Assembly: GCA_964645535.1 (NCBI GenBank)
Contig: CAZYCQ010000002.1
Location: 63,851 to 121,609 of the forward strand
Direction: 5' to 3'
DNA length: 57,759 bases
Source: an uncultured archaeon
Lineage (GTDB): Archaea; Asgardarchaeota; Heimdallarchaeia; Heimdallarchaeales; Kariarchaeaceae
The notes beneath the pieces were generated by a model. That model was not told the origin of the DNA and ran no database searches. It saw only the letters and a program-made list of their open reading frames with translations. How positions within the stretch are numbered: position 1 is the stretch's first letter; each line of letters opens with the position of its first letter. Of this stretch, positions 38,946 to 48,605 are shown in pieces. The position numbers and the translations under genes are program-made.

Positions 38946-41900
38946 ATGGTCGTTCTTTCCCTTGCACGTAAATATGTATTCAGAAGACCGTCCCAGAACC
39001 TTGCAGTTTTTCTGGGAATTACCTTGGGAGTTTCTTTGTTTGTTGGAATCCAAGTGGGAAGCGCATCCCTTGGAGAAGGATTCGGGGCACTCCAGAGATT
39101 CTCACTTGGGGAAAGGGACGCGATTTTCTCACCCGCATTCACACCGTTTTTCGTAGACAATGAGACAATATCCTATGCATTTGCCGAAGCTTTGGGTCAA
39201 CAGGCAGACCCCAGCACCATCAAGGATTACGCATCTTTGTTGGAGGCCAACGAAACGGTAAAAAAATATGTGGAGGAGATCAGTCCTCGGTTGGAGCTAT
39301 CCTTCACCATGGTTCATGATGAAAGCGGCTCCATTGAGATCTCGGAATTGGTGAAAGGAATTTCACCGGACGAACGGACTTTCGGAAGACTTTTGGATAA
39401 GGGAGGAAATGAACTGAAGTTGGAGAACCTAGCTCCAGGGGAAGTCTATATGGGAAGAGGTCTGGCAGACATCATGTTCCCAGACCAAGAGGAAATCATT
39501 GGAGAAAATATTACATTAAGTACCACCCTTTTCAGTTTCTCCCTTCCAAGCAATGATTCTTTTATTTCCTCAAAACCCGTTTTCCTCAACACCACTGTGA
39601 CCATTGCAGGGATATTTGAGGAGGAAGAAAAAGGACAGGAAGCCCTGTCACAGTTTATTGCCGTTCCTCTGGATTGGCTACAGGAATTGATCCACAAGTC
39701 ATATCTTGAGGCGCAATTGGCACAACCATTGCCATTGCAGTTTTCCGAACCAATCATAGGTTATGGACCGACCCCGATCAATCGGTTAGTCATCAATTGG
39801 AAAGATGATATTGATGAGGATCCGGAAAAAAGAGAAATTGCATTCAATGCAACAAGAGATGCTTTCAAAGAATTAGTCGGTCCAGGATTTGACGAATTCT
39901 ACACCTATACCAACTCACTTCAACTCATCGATGAGATCATTGAAGGAATTACTGAAAGCATGACCTTGATTCTCAATATTTTTGGAGCCCTGATTGCCAT
40001 CGCGGCATTGCTTGTCATTGTCAACATCCAATCAATGGCCTTGCAGGCACGGGAGAAGGAAACAGGGATTATGAGGGCGATAGGGGCAAACCGCAGGCAG
40101 TTGATTCTCACCAACCTTTCGGAGAGCCTGTTTCTTGGCCTTTTTGGATCAGCTGCAGGGTTGATCGGAGGAGCCATTTATGGGAAGGTGCTCATTTTTC
40201 TTTTGGGATACGTATTTGACTTTCCCGCCAATGTGATACCATTGGTGATAACAAGAGATATCATCACGAGTTCATTCTGGGCAGGAGTCATTGTTTCACA
40301 GATTACAGGCCTTATACCGGCAATCAATGCCTCAAGGATCAATATTGCACAGGTACTTCGAGGCCTCAGACCGCCAAGCAAACCCTCATTTGGAAGAAAG
40401 AGCCTGTATTTCGGGATCCTTGCCTCAATTCTGGCAGTCATCAATCTCTTGAACCTCAAAATGAATCCACTCACGGAAGGAAAAGATGCCTTTATTCACA
40501 TGGAAGATACCACCCAAATCTACTTGGCCGTGGCTTTTCTGCTAGTGGGCCCTTCACTCATCTTCGCGTATTATCGTTCCAAGAAGATCGGTTTGACTAT
40601 TGCCAGTCTCGGTCTTTTGATATGGGGATACTTCAATATCTTTGTAGTTTTCGACTGGATTGAGACAGGCAATGGTGGGCTCAACTACATGCTGTACATC
40701 ATGTTGAGCATTTTGGGAGGAACCATCACCCTTATCGGCATGAATCTTGATATTATCGCAGTCATAGGCGAGAAGATATTCTCGGCGTTTGCAGGAGTAC
40801 GGAAGACCCCTATTCGAGGAACTGCCATGGTGGCCTTCAGACAGATGAAGAGCAAAAAAGTCAGGAGCACATTGACCTTTGCCCTATTTGCGACTATCCT
40901 CACTCTGAACATATTCCTTGCAACTTGGAGCAATAGCTTCAGATATGGATTCGACAATTTGATCATTGAGACAACGGCAGGCTCTGACATCATGTTGCTC
41001 TCGGGCCAACCGGTTCCCTCAAGTGCCAATTTCAGCCAGCAAGTATTGGAACAGTTCGGACAGGGAACCACTACTGAAAGCGGTCTCCATATTGAATTTC
41101 TTAAGCCATTCACGGTTTCGAAGGAAACGGATGCCTTGCTGGATGCAGATGGAAACAGAACAATGACAGTATCCTTGACAAAGATTTCTAAAAACAGTCT
41201 CTGGGATAAGGACGGAAATTGGGTGCTCCGTTTTGATCTGGAGGACAACAAGACAGGGACAATTTTTGAAGTGGGTGATGATAACCCGGATGAACCTGCA
41301 GCCAATGCGGAAGACCATGCAGTATGGAAGGCATTGGTGAACAACCAAACCTTGCCAAACAAGGATGGTGAACCCCGACCAATCATAATTACGGGAACTA
41401 TAGCCGAGGCCGACATTGGAGGATTTAGAGAAACTCATCGTCCAGGAGATTCAGTGTATTTGAATCTTACAGACGGATCAGTACAAGAATTTGTTATTGG
41501 AGCCATTGTTCTTGGCAATCCCTTGGTTGATTTTCTCTCACCACCCCAGCAGGGTCCAAACTTTGGAAGTCTTTGGTTTGTCAATGATTTCTGGAGTGAA
41601 AGGTTGTTGGCGTTTGATGGTGTGAACAGATTGGAGAACGCCTATCTCGGCAAGACAGACGCACCAGAGATCAGTGACAAGAGGATCGAGAAGTTGGCTA
41701 CAGAAATCGAGGTTTTCGCCAACAGCAAGGATAGTGAATTCCGCAATAAGTATGGGCTTTTTGGAATTTATGGATTTTCAGTTTTCTCGGTGTATGAATC
41801 TTTCTTGGAGATCCAATTCCGCTTTTTCAATTTCCTCCAGGCCTTTACATCCATGGGATTTGTGGTCGGAATTCTCGGGCTCTTCGTGGTTGCCCTCAGA

Positions 41901-42218
41901 TCGGTGGCGGAACGTCAGAGAGAGATCGGAATGCTTCGGGCACTCGGATTTAGGCGATTTGATGTGGTATTGGCGGTGGTCATTGAATTGATTGTCATGG
42001 GATTGATAGGCTTGATCATAGGACTATTCAATGGAACTGTACTTGGATATGCCCTAATAAATATCGGAACAGATGGAGATGCAGCCTTCATCATTCCTTG
42101 GCTACCAATTCTCGGGTATATCGCGTTGACTCTTGGGTCTGCCTTTATTGCAGCAGTCTTTCCAGGATACAGAAGTTCCAGAATTCCGCCGAGTGATGCA
42201 CTCAGGTACACTGGTTAA
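38946..42218 (+). CDS. FtsX/MacB-like ABC permease (duplicated)
   Basis: Two FtsX motifs (REKETGIMRAIGA; ERQREIGMLRALG), large extracellular domains, C-terminal PSDALRY. Confidence 0.9.
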   Translation: MVVLSLARKYVFRRPSQNLAVFLGITLGVSLFVGIQVGSASLGEGFGALQRFSLGERDAIFSPAFTPFFVDNETISYAFAEALGQQADPSTIKDYASLLEANETVKKYVEEISPRLELSFTMVHDESGSIEISELVKGISPDERTFGRLLDKGGNELKLENLAPGEVYMGRGLADIMFPDQEEIIGENITLSTTLFSFSLPSNDSFISSKPVFLNTTVTIAGIFEEEEKGQEALSQFIAVPLDWLQELIHKSYLEAQLAQPLPLQFSEPIIGYGPTPINRLVINWKDDIDEDPEKREIAFNATRDAFKELVGPGFDEFYTYTNSLQLIDEIIEGITESMTLILNIFGALIAIAALLVIVNIQSMALQAREKETGIMRAIGANRRQLILTNLSESLFLGLFGSAAGLIGGAIYGKVLIFLLGYVFDFPANVIPLVITRDIITSSFWAGVIVSQITGLIPAINASRINIAQVLRGLRPPSKPSFGRKSLYFGILASILAVINLLNLKMNPLTEGKDAFIHMEDTTQIYLAVAFLLVGPSLIFAYYRSKKIGLTIASLGLLIWGYFNIFVVFDWIETGNGGLNYMLYIMLSILGGTITLIGMNLDIIAVIGEKIFSAFAGVRKTPIRGTAMVAFRQMKSKKVRSTLTFALFATILTLNIFLATWSNSFRYGFDNLIIETTAGSDIMLLSGQPVPSSANFSQQVLEQFGQGTTTESGLHIEFLKPFTVSKETDALLDADGNRTMTVSLTKISKNSLWDKDGNWVLRFDLEDNKTGTIFEVGDDNPDEPAANAEDHAVWKALVNNQTLPNKDGEPRPIIITGTIAEADIGGFRETHRPGDSVYLNLTDGSVQEFVIGAIVLGNPLVDFLSPPQQGPNFGSLWFVNDFWSERLLAFDGVNRLENAYLGKTDAPEISDKRIEKLATEIEVFANSKDSEFRNKYGLFGIYGFSVFSVYESFLEIQFRFFNFLQAFTSMGFVVGILGLFVVALRSVAERQREIGMLRALGFRRFDVVLAVVIELIVMGLIGLIIGLFNGTVLGYALINIGTDGDAAFIIPWLPILGYIALTLGSAFIAAVFPGYRSSRIPPSDALRYTG

Positions 42219-42233
42219 GGAGGTTCAGAAAAA

Positions 42234-42926
42234 ATGGCGGATAAAATGCTTGAACTTAGAAACGTGACAAAAATCTATAACGAAGGCACAACACGGGAAG
42301 TTGTTGCTGCCAAAGACGTCAACATCACCATCTACAAGGGAGAAATGGTGGCTCTCATGGGGCCGTCTGGTTCTGGAAAGTCCACACTTCTCAACCTGAT
42401 TGGAGGTCTGACACCAGTGACCTCAGGTCATATCCTGATTGATGGTGTTGACGTTACAGATTTTGGAGATGAGCAACGGGCAGCCTTGCGAAGAGACAAG
42501 ATCGGATATATCTTTCAGCACTTCAACCTCTTGGATTTCCTCACTGCTGAGCAGAACGTAATGCTCCCACTGCTCATACAAGGGGAAACGTTTGCACATG
42601 CCAAGCGCAGAGCAGTCATGCTCCTTCGGGAATTGGGGTTGGGCGGAAGAATCGAACATTACCCAAATGAACTTTCAGGAGGACAGGAACAGAGAGTGGC
42701 TATAGCAAGGTCACTGATTACCCAACCGGCCATCATTCTCGGAGATGAGCCAACTGGAGATTTGGATCTGGAATCCTCAACAGATGTCATGCGACTGTTC
42801 AGGCGGGTAAACAAGGAAAATAAGCAAACATTGTTGCTTGTAACCCATTCAGAGTATATTGGCTCACTGTGTGATAGAATACTCCGAATAGATGACGGAC
42901 AGATTGTTGAGGAGGTGGAAAATTGA
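42234..42926 (+). CDS. LolD/MacB-type ABC ATP-binding protein
   Basis: GPSGSGKS, LSGGQEQRVAIAR, DEPTGDLD, VTH; AAGGAGG Shine-Dalgarno. Confidence 0.95.
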   Translation: MADKMLELRNVTKIYNEGTTREVVAAKDVNITIYKGEMVALMGPSGSGKSTLLNLIGGLTPVTSGHILIDGVDVTDFGDEQRAALRRDKIGYIFQHFNLLDFLTAEQNVMLPLLIQGETFAHAKRRAVMLLRELGLGGRIEHYPNELSGGQEQRVAIARSLITQPAIILGDEPTGDLDLESSTDVMRLFRRVNKENKQTLLLVTHSEYIGSLCDRILRIDDGQIVEEVEN

Positions 42927-44743
42927 CGACCATCATAGTTTCCCAACCCACGTTCAAACCATTGTTGAGATTGAATGAAGGCTATATCAAGGACATCAGG
43001 AAGATTCTAAAGAAAGGGTATCCTTTGATTGCCAGAAAGACAATTAGAGATCAGGAATTAAACCAGTTTCTCTTAGTCATGGCCAAGAATACCAAATCCA
43101 CAAAATTTGAGAAATTGCAGGGGAGAATCCGTAAAAGGCAAGAGCACCATAGATCACAGGTGATCAAGCAACTCCTGAGACTTTTCAGGAAGGATCCAGA
43201 ACTCCGTAATTCATTAGAGGTCTTTCTCAATCTAGAAAGACTTTATGATGCAAAATTTGAGGGAGCACGGTTAGCAGAGAAATTATCCGAAAAAGCAGCA
43301 TCCCAAGTCAACAGGCTATTGCAAATGGGAGAATTTGTCTTCATGGAAAATACAGACCGAAAAACGCTCTTCCTTCAAGACACGCAAATCCAATTTGCAG
43401 TTGGCGAAACCTACGAATCAGAAGAGATAATCGATGAGCTTGTCCTGACCGTTTTTGGAAGGGAGCATGTCACATTGATTGAGGAACAGATTCAAAAGAT
43501 GAGCAATACGTTGGCCAAGGTAATTGAGAAGATAAATGATTACATTAGAGAATTCAATCAAATTGCCAATGACAAAAAGAAAGAACAAATGGTTGAACTT
43601 TCCAGCGTCTTTCTCGGCAAGATTCTTGGAATCCGTGAACCATTGAATTTATCAAAGAAACAACTGTCACGGTATGTTTCGCTCAAAGATGAGATCACCG
43701 AGGAAGCGGACAGCCAAACTGGAAAGCAATTACTTGAACTGTTCAACCAATGGTATGAAATTGACAGGCTTCAAAGAACTATCTTGACCATTGAAGCCCT
43801 TGAGGATACTATTTCAGCAAATGTTGATTTGTTGAGGGACCTTCACAAGACCATTGAGGAATCCATTGTAGGAGGAAAGGACAGTCAGGTCATAGAGGAA
43901 TTCATTGGTTTCGCTATAGATACCTATGGAGCTTTTGAGGAATTCCGATTGGTCACGGAGGTATTCCAGGATATTCCCAGCTTCACCACCCTCAAAGGAG
44001 GATTGCTTGAAGATGTTGAAGAAGAGATTTTCACAATTCCAGAGGATGTGCTGATTCATGCAGACACCGTTTTCAAAAGCTTCCAGTTGGTCAGCAATAC
44101 AGTCTATGCCCTTAGGGGCATTGATCTGGAGGTGAAAAGAGGTGAATTTGTGGCCATCATGGGACCATCAGGATCTGGAAAAACCACCTTATTGAACATC
44201 CTTTCTGGATTGGATAAACCTGATAAAGGTAAGGTGATTGTTGATGGAATCGATATGAGAAAAGCCTCAGAAAAAACATTGGTGAAGTTCAGAAGGAATA
44301 CGGCTTCTTTCATCTATCAAAGCTATAACCTGCTGCCAGTATTGAATTCCCTGGAAAATGTTCGCCTTCCTTCCGATTTTGGAACCAATAATCCGATCGG
44401 CAATAAGACCAAACGTGCAATGGAATTGTTGGCAGAGGTAGGCCTTGAAAGATTCGCAAGAACCAGTCCCAAAAACCTCTCGGGAGGGCAGCAACAACGA
44501 GTAACCATTGCAAGATCCCTGCAAAACATGCCGAAGATCGTCTTCGCAGATGAACCCACAGGTGATCTGGATCATAAGACAGGAGACCAGATCATGGAAA
44601 TCCTCACCAACATCAATAAGGATCTTGGAGTCACCCTGCTTGTCGTCACCCATGATAGGAGAGTTGCGGAAATGGCGGACAGAATCGTACACATGCAGGA
44701 CGGAAAAATCATCAAAGAGGAAATCGTGAAAAAAGAGAAATGA
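42923..44743 (+). CDS. LolD/MacB-type ABC ATPase with an N-terminal helical/coiled-coil extension of about 370 aa
   Basis: C-terminal GPSGSGKT, LSGGQQQR, ADEPTGDLD, VTHD; N-terminal part is charged and helical with no TM. Confidence 0.9.
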   Translation: MTTIIVSQPTFKPLLRLNEGYIKDIRKILKKGYPLIARKTIRDQELNQFLLVMAKNTKSTKFEKLQGRIRKRQEHHRSQVIKQLLRLFRKDPELRNSLEVFLNLERLYDAKFEGARLAEKLSEKAASQVNRLLQMGEFVFMENTDRKTLFLQDTQIQFAVGETYESEEIIDELVLTVFGREHVTLIEEQIQKMSNTLAKVIEKINDYIREFNQIANDKKKEQMVELSSVFLGKILGIREPLNLSKKQLSRYVSLKDEITEEADSQTGKQLLELFNQWYEIDRLQRTILTIEALEDTISANVDLLRDLHKTIEESIVGGKDSQVIEEFIGFAIDTYGAFEEFRLVTEVFQDIPSFTTLKGGLLEDVEEEIFTIPEDVLIHADTVFKSFQLVSNTVYALRGIDLEVKRGEFVAIMGPSGSGKTTLLNILSGLDKPDKGKVIVDGIDMRKASEKTLVKFRRNTASFIYQSYNLLPVLNSLENVRLPSDFGTNNPIGNKTKRAMELLAEVGLERFARTSPKNLSGGQQQRVTIARSLQNMPKIVFADEPTGDLDHKTGDQIMEILTNINKDLGVTLLVVTHDRRVAEMADRIVHMQDGKIIKEEIVKKEK

Positions 44744-44850
44744 CGTATACCAAAATCAATACACAAAGTCAAATGAAGGGGTATTGCTGATTTTTCTCGA
44801 AGCGACATGTCGGCGAATATTTTTTTTAGGAGAATGAGCTTTTTGATGTT

Positions 44851-45630
44851 ATGAAGCTATTTCATGTTGAAGGGAAAGAGCTGAAACCAATGGAAGTTGG
44901 GGAAAACCTTGTCTTCCTAGATGGTGATGTCTATGTCATTGATGCAGAAGATAAGATCTGGATCTGGATTGGTCAGGATGCTTCTGTTGAGGAGGGAACC
45001 GTGGCCGCATGGGTCTCCAATAAGATGGATCAGGAACGGGATGGACTGCCAGACGTCATAACAGTCGTTCAAGGTGAAGAACCAGAGGAATTGCTTTCCA
45101 AGATTAACTTTACCGTCGAGGATGGAGATACTCCCGGATTTTTGAGACCAGCAGAACTGGATATGGTGGAATTCAAAATGTACCGTGTCTATACGGAGGG
45201 AGAAACGCCAGATTGGGATGAGGCGAAGGTAGAGGAAGTGCCGTTGGACAAAGCCTCACTTTCCTCAGATGATGTCTTTGTTGTGGATGGGAATGAAGTA
45301 ATCTATACTTGGATTGGAAAGAATGCCGCACGAGAAGAAAAGTTCCAAGGCCAGAAACTCATGCAAAAGATAGATGCAGATCGAAGTTACCTGCCAATTC
45401 AGGTCACCATTCAAGAAGGAGAAGGCACAAAGGCCGAAAAAGCATTTCTCAAGTTTCTTGAGGAGGTCAAGGGAAAAGGGCCGCAACTATCAGTTGAAGA
45501 CCAGCGTGAAGCCACCTACAAGCCGGAGGAGTACAAAACGGCAGAGGAACATAAGAAGGAAACACCAGACAAAATTGAAGCAAAAAAGAAGAGAGGATTT
45601 TTCAGCAGGTTGTTCGGACGTAAGAGCTAA
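44851..45630 (+). CDS. Two-domain gelsolin-family actin regulator
   Basis: Two gelsolin repeats (GDVYVID..IWIWIG..S..E..VQGEEP; LSSDDVFVVD..IYTWIGK..EE..QEGE) joined by the linker GDTPGFLRP. Confidence 0.9.
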   Translation: MKLFHVEGKELKPMEVGENLVFLDGDVYVIDAEDKIWIWIGQDASVEEGTVAAWVSNKMDQERDGLPDVITVVQGEEPEELLSKINFTVEDGDTPGFLRPAELDMVEFKMYRVYTEGETPDWDEAKVEEVPLDKASLSSDDVFVVDGNEVIYTWIGKNAAREEKFQGQKLMQKIDADRSYLPIQVTIQEGEGTKAEKAFLKFLEEVKGKGPQLSVEDQREATYKPEEYKTAEEHKKETPDKIEAKKKRGFFSRLFGRKS

Positions 45631-46376
45631 GTATGAGCCAATGAATTTAATGTGGACAGATAGCGGCTTGTACAACAGGAGTCCAGAAAAATGAAACCGA
45701 AATGGCTCTCCAAAAGGCGATTGACATGTTCAGTAGAGGAACAAATGTATTGGCCGGTTGCAATGGAAACCCCCCTTCTCAGAAGGTACTGGGTAGCCTC
45801 TTCACTGAAGTAACCATTATTGAAGTAGATCCAGAGAGAACTCCCTTTCAATGATTGGTAACCCTGAAGTTCGAGAAGGAATTCAGGTTGCTCCCTTAAT
45901 CTTGATGAAAGACCAATTCGATTTGCAAGCGCTGTGCTTCCTGCAAGCATGTCAATGGACTGAAACCGTCGAAATGCCTGTCTGAAGTTTTCATAGGCAT
46001 TTTTGACCAAGGCAACATCTTTGAGATATGCACTGTTTCCTCGAGTCAAAACGGTTGCAATACCAAAGGTTTCAAGTGTCTCTAGCTGGTGCAGCGCATC
46101 TGCCCTTTTCATTTGAACCGTGAGAAGCAAGCGGGAAGCCCAAGAATCCTTGAGTTGTTCCAAGAGGGAAAGAAGAGTCAAGTCCAATCGTTCATATTCT
46201 GCATCAACCAAGACCTTCAGGGAACCTGAATGAACAAGAACATCCTCAAGGGAGATTCCTAAGGCCTTGAGTCGTGAGAGCTTGACCGCGATACCTCTGA
46301 TATTTGTTCTTTTGAGTTCGGTTAATGTTTCATTTGTAGTTTCGCATGATTTGATAGTACATAGGAAGGTATTCAC
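45627..46376 (-). CDS. Hypothetical protein
   Basis: 249 aa ORF filling the gap; no family recognised. Confidence 0.6.
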   Translation of the reverse strand: MNTFLCTIKSCETTNETLTELKRTNIRGIAVKLSRLKALGISLEDVLVHSGSLKVLVDAEYERLDLTLLSLLEQLKDSWASRLLLTVQMKRADALHQLETLETFGIATVLTRGNSAYLKDVALVKNAYENFRQAFRRFQSIDMLAGSTALANRIGLSSRLREQPEFLLELQGYQSLKGSSLWIYFNNGYFSEEATQYLLRRGVSIATGQYICSSTEHVNRLLESHFGFIFLDSCCTSRYLSTLNSLAHT

Positions 46377-46594
46377 CTTTCAAAATATAACCTCCAATAG
46401 ATTTTGTGTCTAACCTTTTGTTTGTAACATAATAGAAAATTGTTTGGGTAGGTGAATAACAATCACCCATCATGTGTCAGTCATTCATAGGAATGAGGAA
46501 ACATGATGACAAGCAAAAGGCAGTGGAGGAACCATCATAATCCCATATTTGGAACAGGAATCATAAAAAGGATGCCGTTTCAATATGTTTTCGT

Positions 46595-47512
46595 ATGTCT
46601 AAAGAATCCTCACCTCCGAAAAAGCAACGGATCAAACTGAAAACAACATTTTTCCGGGAACTCAAGCAGAAGGGAAGAAGGAGGGACTTGAAGGACATCA
46701 TCGATTTTCTGGAGATTGACAACATCATTGGACTCACAGATTTGGCCAAAGTTGTCGATATTCTTAACCAGTTTGCACAAAGTGAGAAGGATACTCTGAT
46801 AAGATCCTTGATAAGCCTTCCCAATAATTTCCAGAATGCCGTTGGGATGAAACTTGCAATTGAATCCAAGTGGTGGGAGACCAACCTTGAGGATACCAAA
46901 CAACTAATCAAGGAATTTGCCACACATAGGTTTTGGCAACTGAGAGACCTCGCAGCAGAACTCCTTGCAAACCTTGTGATTGATCTTGCTGAAGAGAAAG
47001 CGTTGCTTATGGAATATGCCACATCTTCAGATGTGAAAGAAAGGCAGATGGCAACCAATGCCGTAATGCTTATCCTTAAGCTTGAGGAATCAGTGGATCA
47101 ATACAATGAAGTCATTCTGACCCTTCTACGAGATGAGGATTTCCTTGTTCGTTATAGCCTTGCATATAATGGTTTTGGAGGAGTAGGACTGAAGTACCAT
47201 CCTGAGAGGACGATTGCATTCATTCAGGAGCTTGCAGAAAAGTATGACGAAGAGGAGATCAAAGAATGTGTTTTGGCAACACTCACCCATGATCTTGCTA
47301 AGGAATATCTTGAAGTGGCCTTGAAAATCCTTGCAACATACATGGAAGATACAAGAAATTCAATTCGAAGGATGCGCCATAGCGTCTTGCAGAATTTCGT
47401 GCATGAAAACAAAGAAGAGATCCAAAGATTTCTGGAAACGAGGATTGAATCAGAGGAAGCTTTGGATCATTGGGCAAACCTTGCTGCAGCAGGTCTATTC
47501 GATGAGCAATGA
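46595..47512 (+). CDS. HEAT-repeat protein (AlkD/DNA alkylation repair-like)
   Basis: All-helical repeats FWQLRDLAA, DVKERQMA, DEDFLVRYSLA, HPERT. Confidence 0.65.
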   Translation: MSKESSPPKKQRIKLKTTFFRELKQKGRRRDLKDIIDFLEIDNIIGLTDLAKVVDILNQFAQSEKDTLIRSLISLPNNFQNAVGMKLAIESKWWETNLEDTKQLIKEFATHRFWQLRDLAAELLANLVIDLAEEKALLMEYATSSDVKERQMATNAVMLILKLEESVDQYNEVILTLLRDEDFLVRYSLAYNGFGGVGLKYHPERTIAFIQELAEKYDEEEIKECVLATLTHDLAKEYLEVALKILATYMEDTRNSIRRMRHSVLQNFVHENKEEIQRFLETRIESEEALDHWANLAAAGLFDEQ

Positions 47513-48505
47513 ACAATTGTTCCATGAAACGATGAGAGATTCCAGTTCTTTTTCAGAATGGCGATGATAGGTGGATGGAAGCTGAACTATATAGTCCAAG
47601 ACGTTCTGGATGGTAGGAGTTGGTTTTTTGGTTATCAAGCCGATCCTGATGATCGGCAGGAGAAGAGCCTCCACATTGCTCTTGGCACCACCATATTTCT
47701 CCATGGAGATCTGGCTTGATACCTTGTGGGTAAATTCAGTGGTTTCGGGAGGAGGAATGTCTACATCACCTTTCAAAAGTGAATGAGCCTTGAGAAGCTT
47801 GTCATCAAGCAACAACTCAAAATTGGGAAGCATGGCATTGACAGCCTCGTCAAACATAGCATGAGCCAACCGTTTTGTACCCTCTTCAATGAATCCTTGC
47901 GGGTAAGGCTGTTTCACTAGAGCAAGAACTGGTGAAACGACATTCAAGGCGAGTTTCCGATGAATTTCTAGATTGATGTCAATGGTTCTTTTCACTTGAA
48001 AATATTTTGAAAGAAGCTTTTCGACCTTGATCACATGAGTATCATCTGTTTTTGAATCCTCAGCCTTTCGACCGATGATTGTCTCGGCTTTTCGGTGATA
48101 GTAGACATTAGTCTTGTCAATTTGGGTGGCAGACCACCAAACGGTGCCCAAAACAATGGGATTATCTTTGAATCTAGCTCGGATAGCCTCATAGTTGCCG
48201 ACACCATTCTGTAGACTGATGATTAGCGGAATATTGCTGATATGGGGACGAAGTGAGCGGATTAGATCATCTGTCTGCTGTGATTGGCAGGTAACAATAA
48301 TGAGATCCACCTCAATCTTCTTTGGCAAGCTTTGGATGTTTTCAACAGGTAGGACAGTAGAGGTTTCCTCTACACCAACCACTTTGATCGGAAGGTTGGG
48401 GTACGGTTCGTGTCTCCGTAGAAGAATAACCTCATTTTCATCGGAGAGGAATGCCCCCACCACAGTTCCGATTGAACCTGCACCTGCAATTAATATTTTT
48501 TGCAC
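47495..48505 (-). CDS. panE: Ketopantoate reductase family protein
   Basis: GAGSIG, SLQNGVG, RKLALN, SSQ. Confidence 0.75.
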   Translation of the reverse strand: MQKILIAGAGSIGTVVGAFLSDENEVILLRRHEPYPNLPIKVVGVEETSTVLPVENIQSLPKKIEVDLIIVTCQSQQTDDLIRSLRPHISNIPLIISLQNGVGNYEAIRARFKDNPIVLGTVWWSATQIDKTNVYYHRKAETIIGRKAEDSKTDDTHVIKVEKLLSKYFQVKRTIDINLEIHRKLALNVVSPVLALVKQPYPQGFIEEGTKRLAHAMFDEAVNAMLPNFELLLDDKLLKAHSLLKGDVDIPPPETTEFTHKVSSQISMEKYGGAKSNVEALLLPIIRIGLITKKPTPTIQNVLDYIVQLPSTYHRHSEKELESLIVSWNNCSLLIE

Positions 48506-48605
48506 AGATATATAATGAATTAGAATCCTATTAATGCATTTTCGGCATCAACCTGAAAATGGGTTCACTTTTGTTTTGAAATGCTTCACCATGCCACCAA
48601 AGAGT

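Noticed and set aside
46503-46560. C/D box sRNA starting at ATGATGA
   Set aside because: No CTGA D box at a suitable distance; no hammerhead core either
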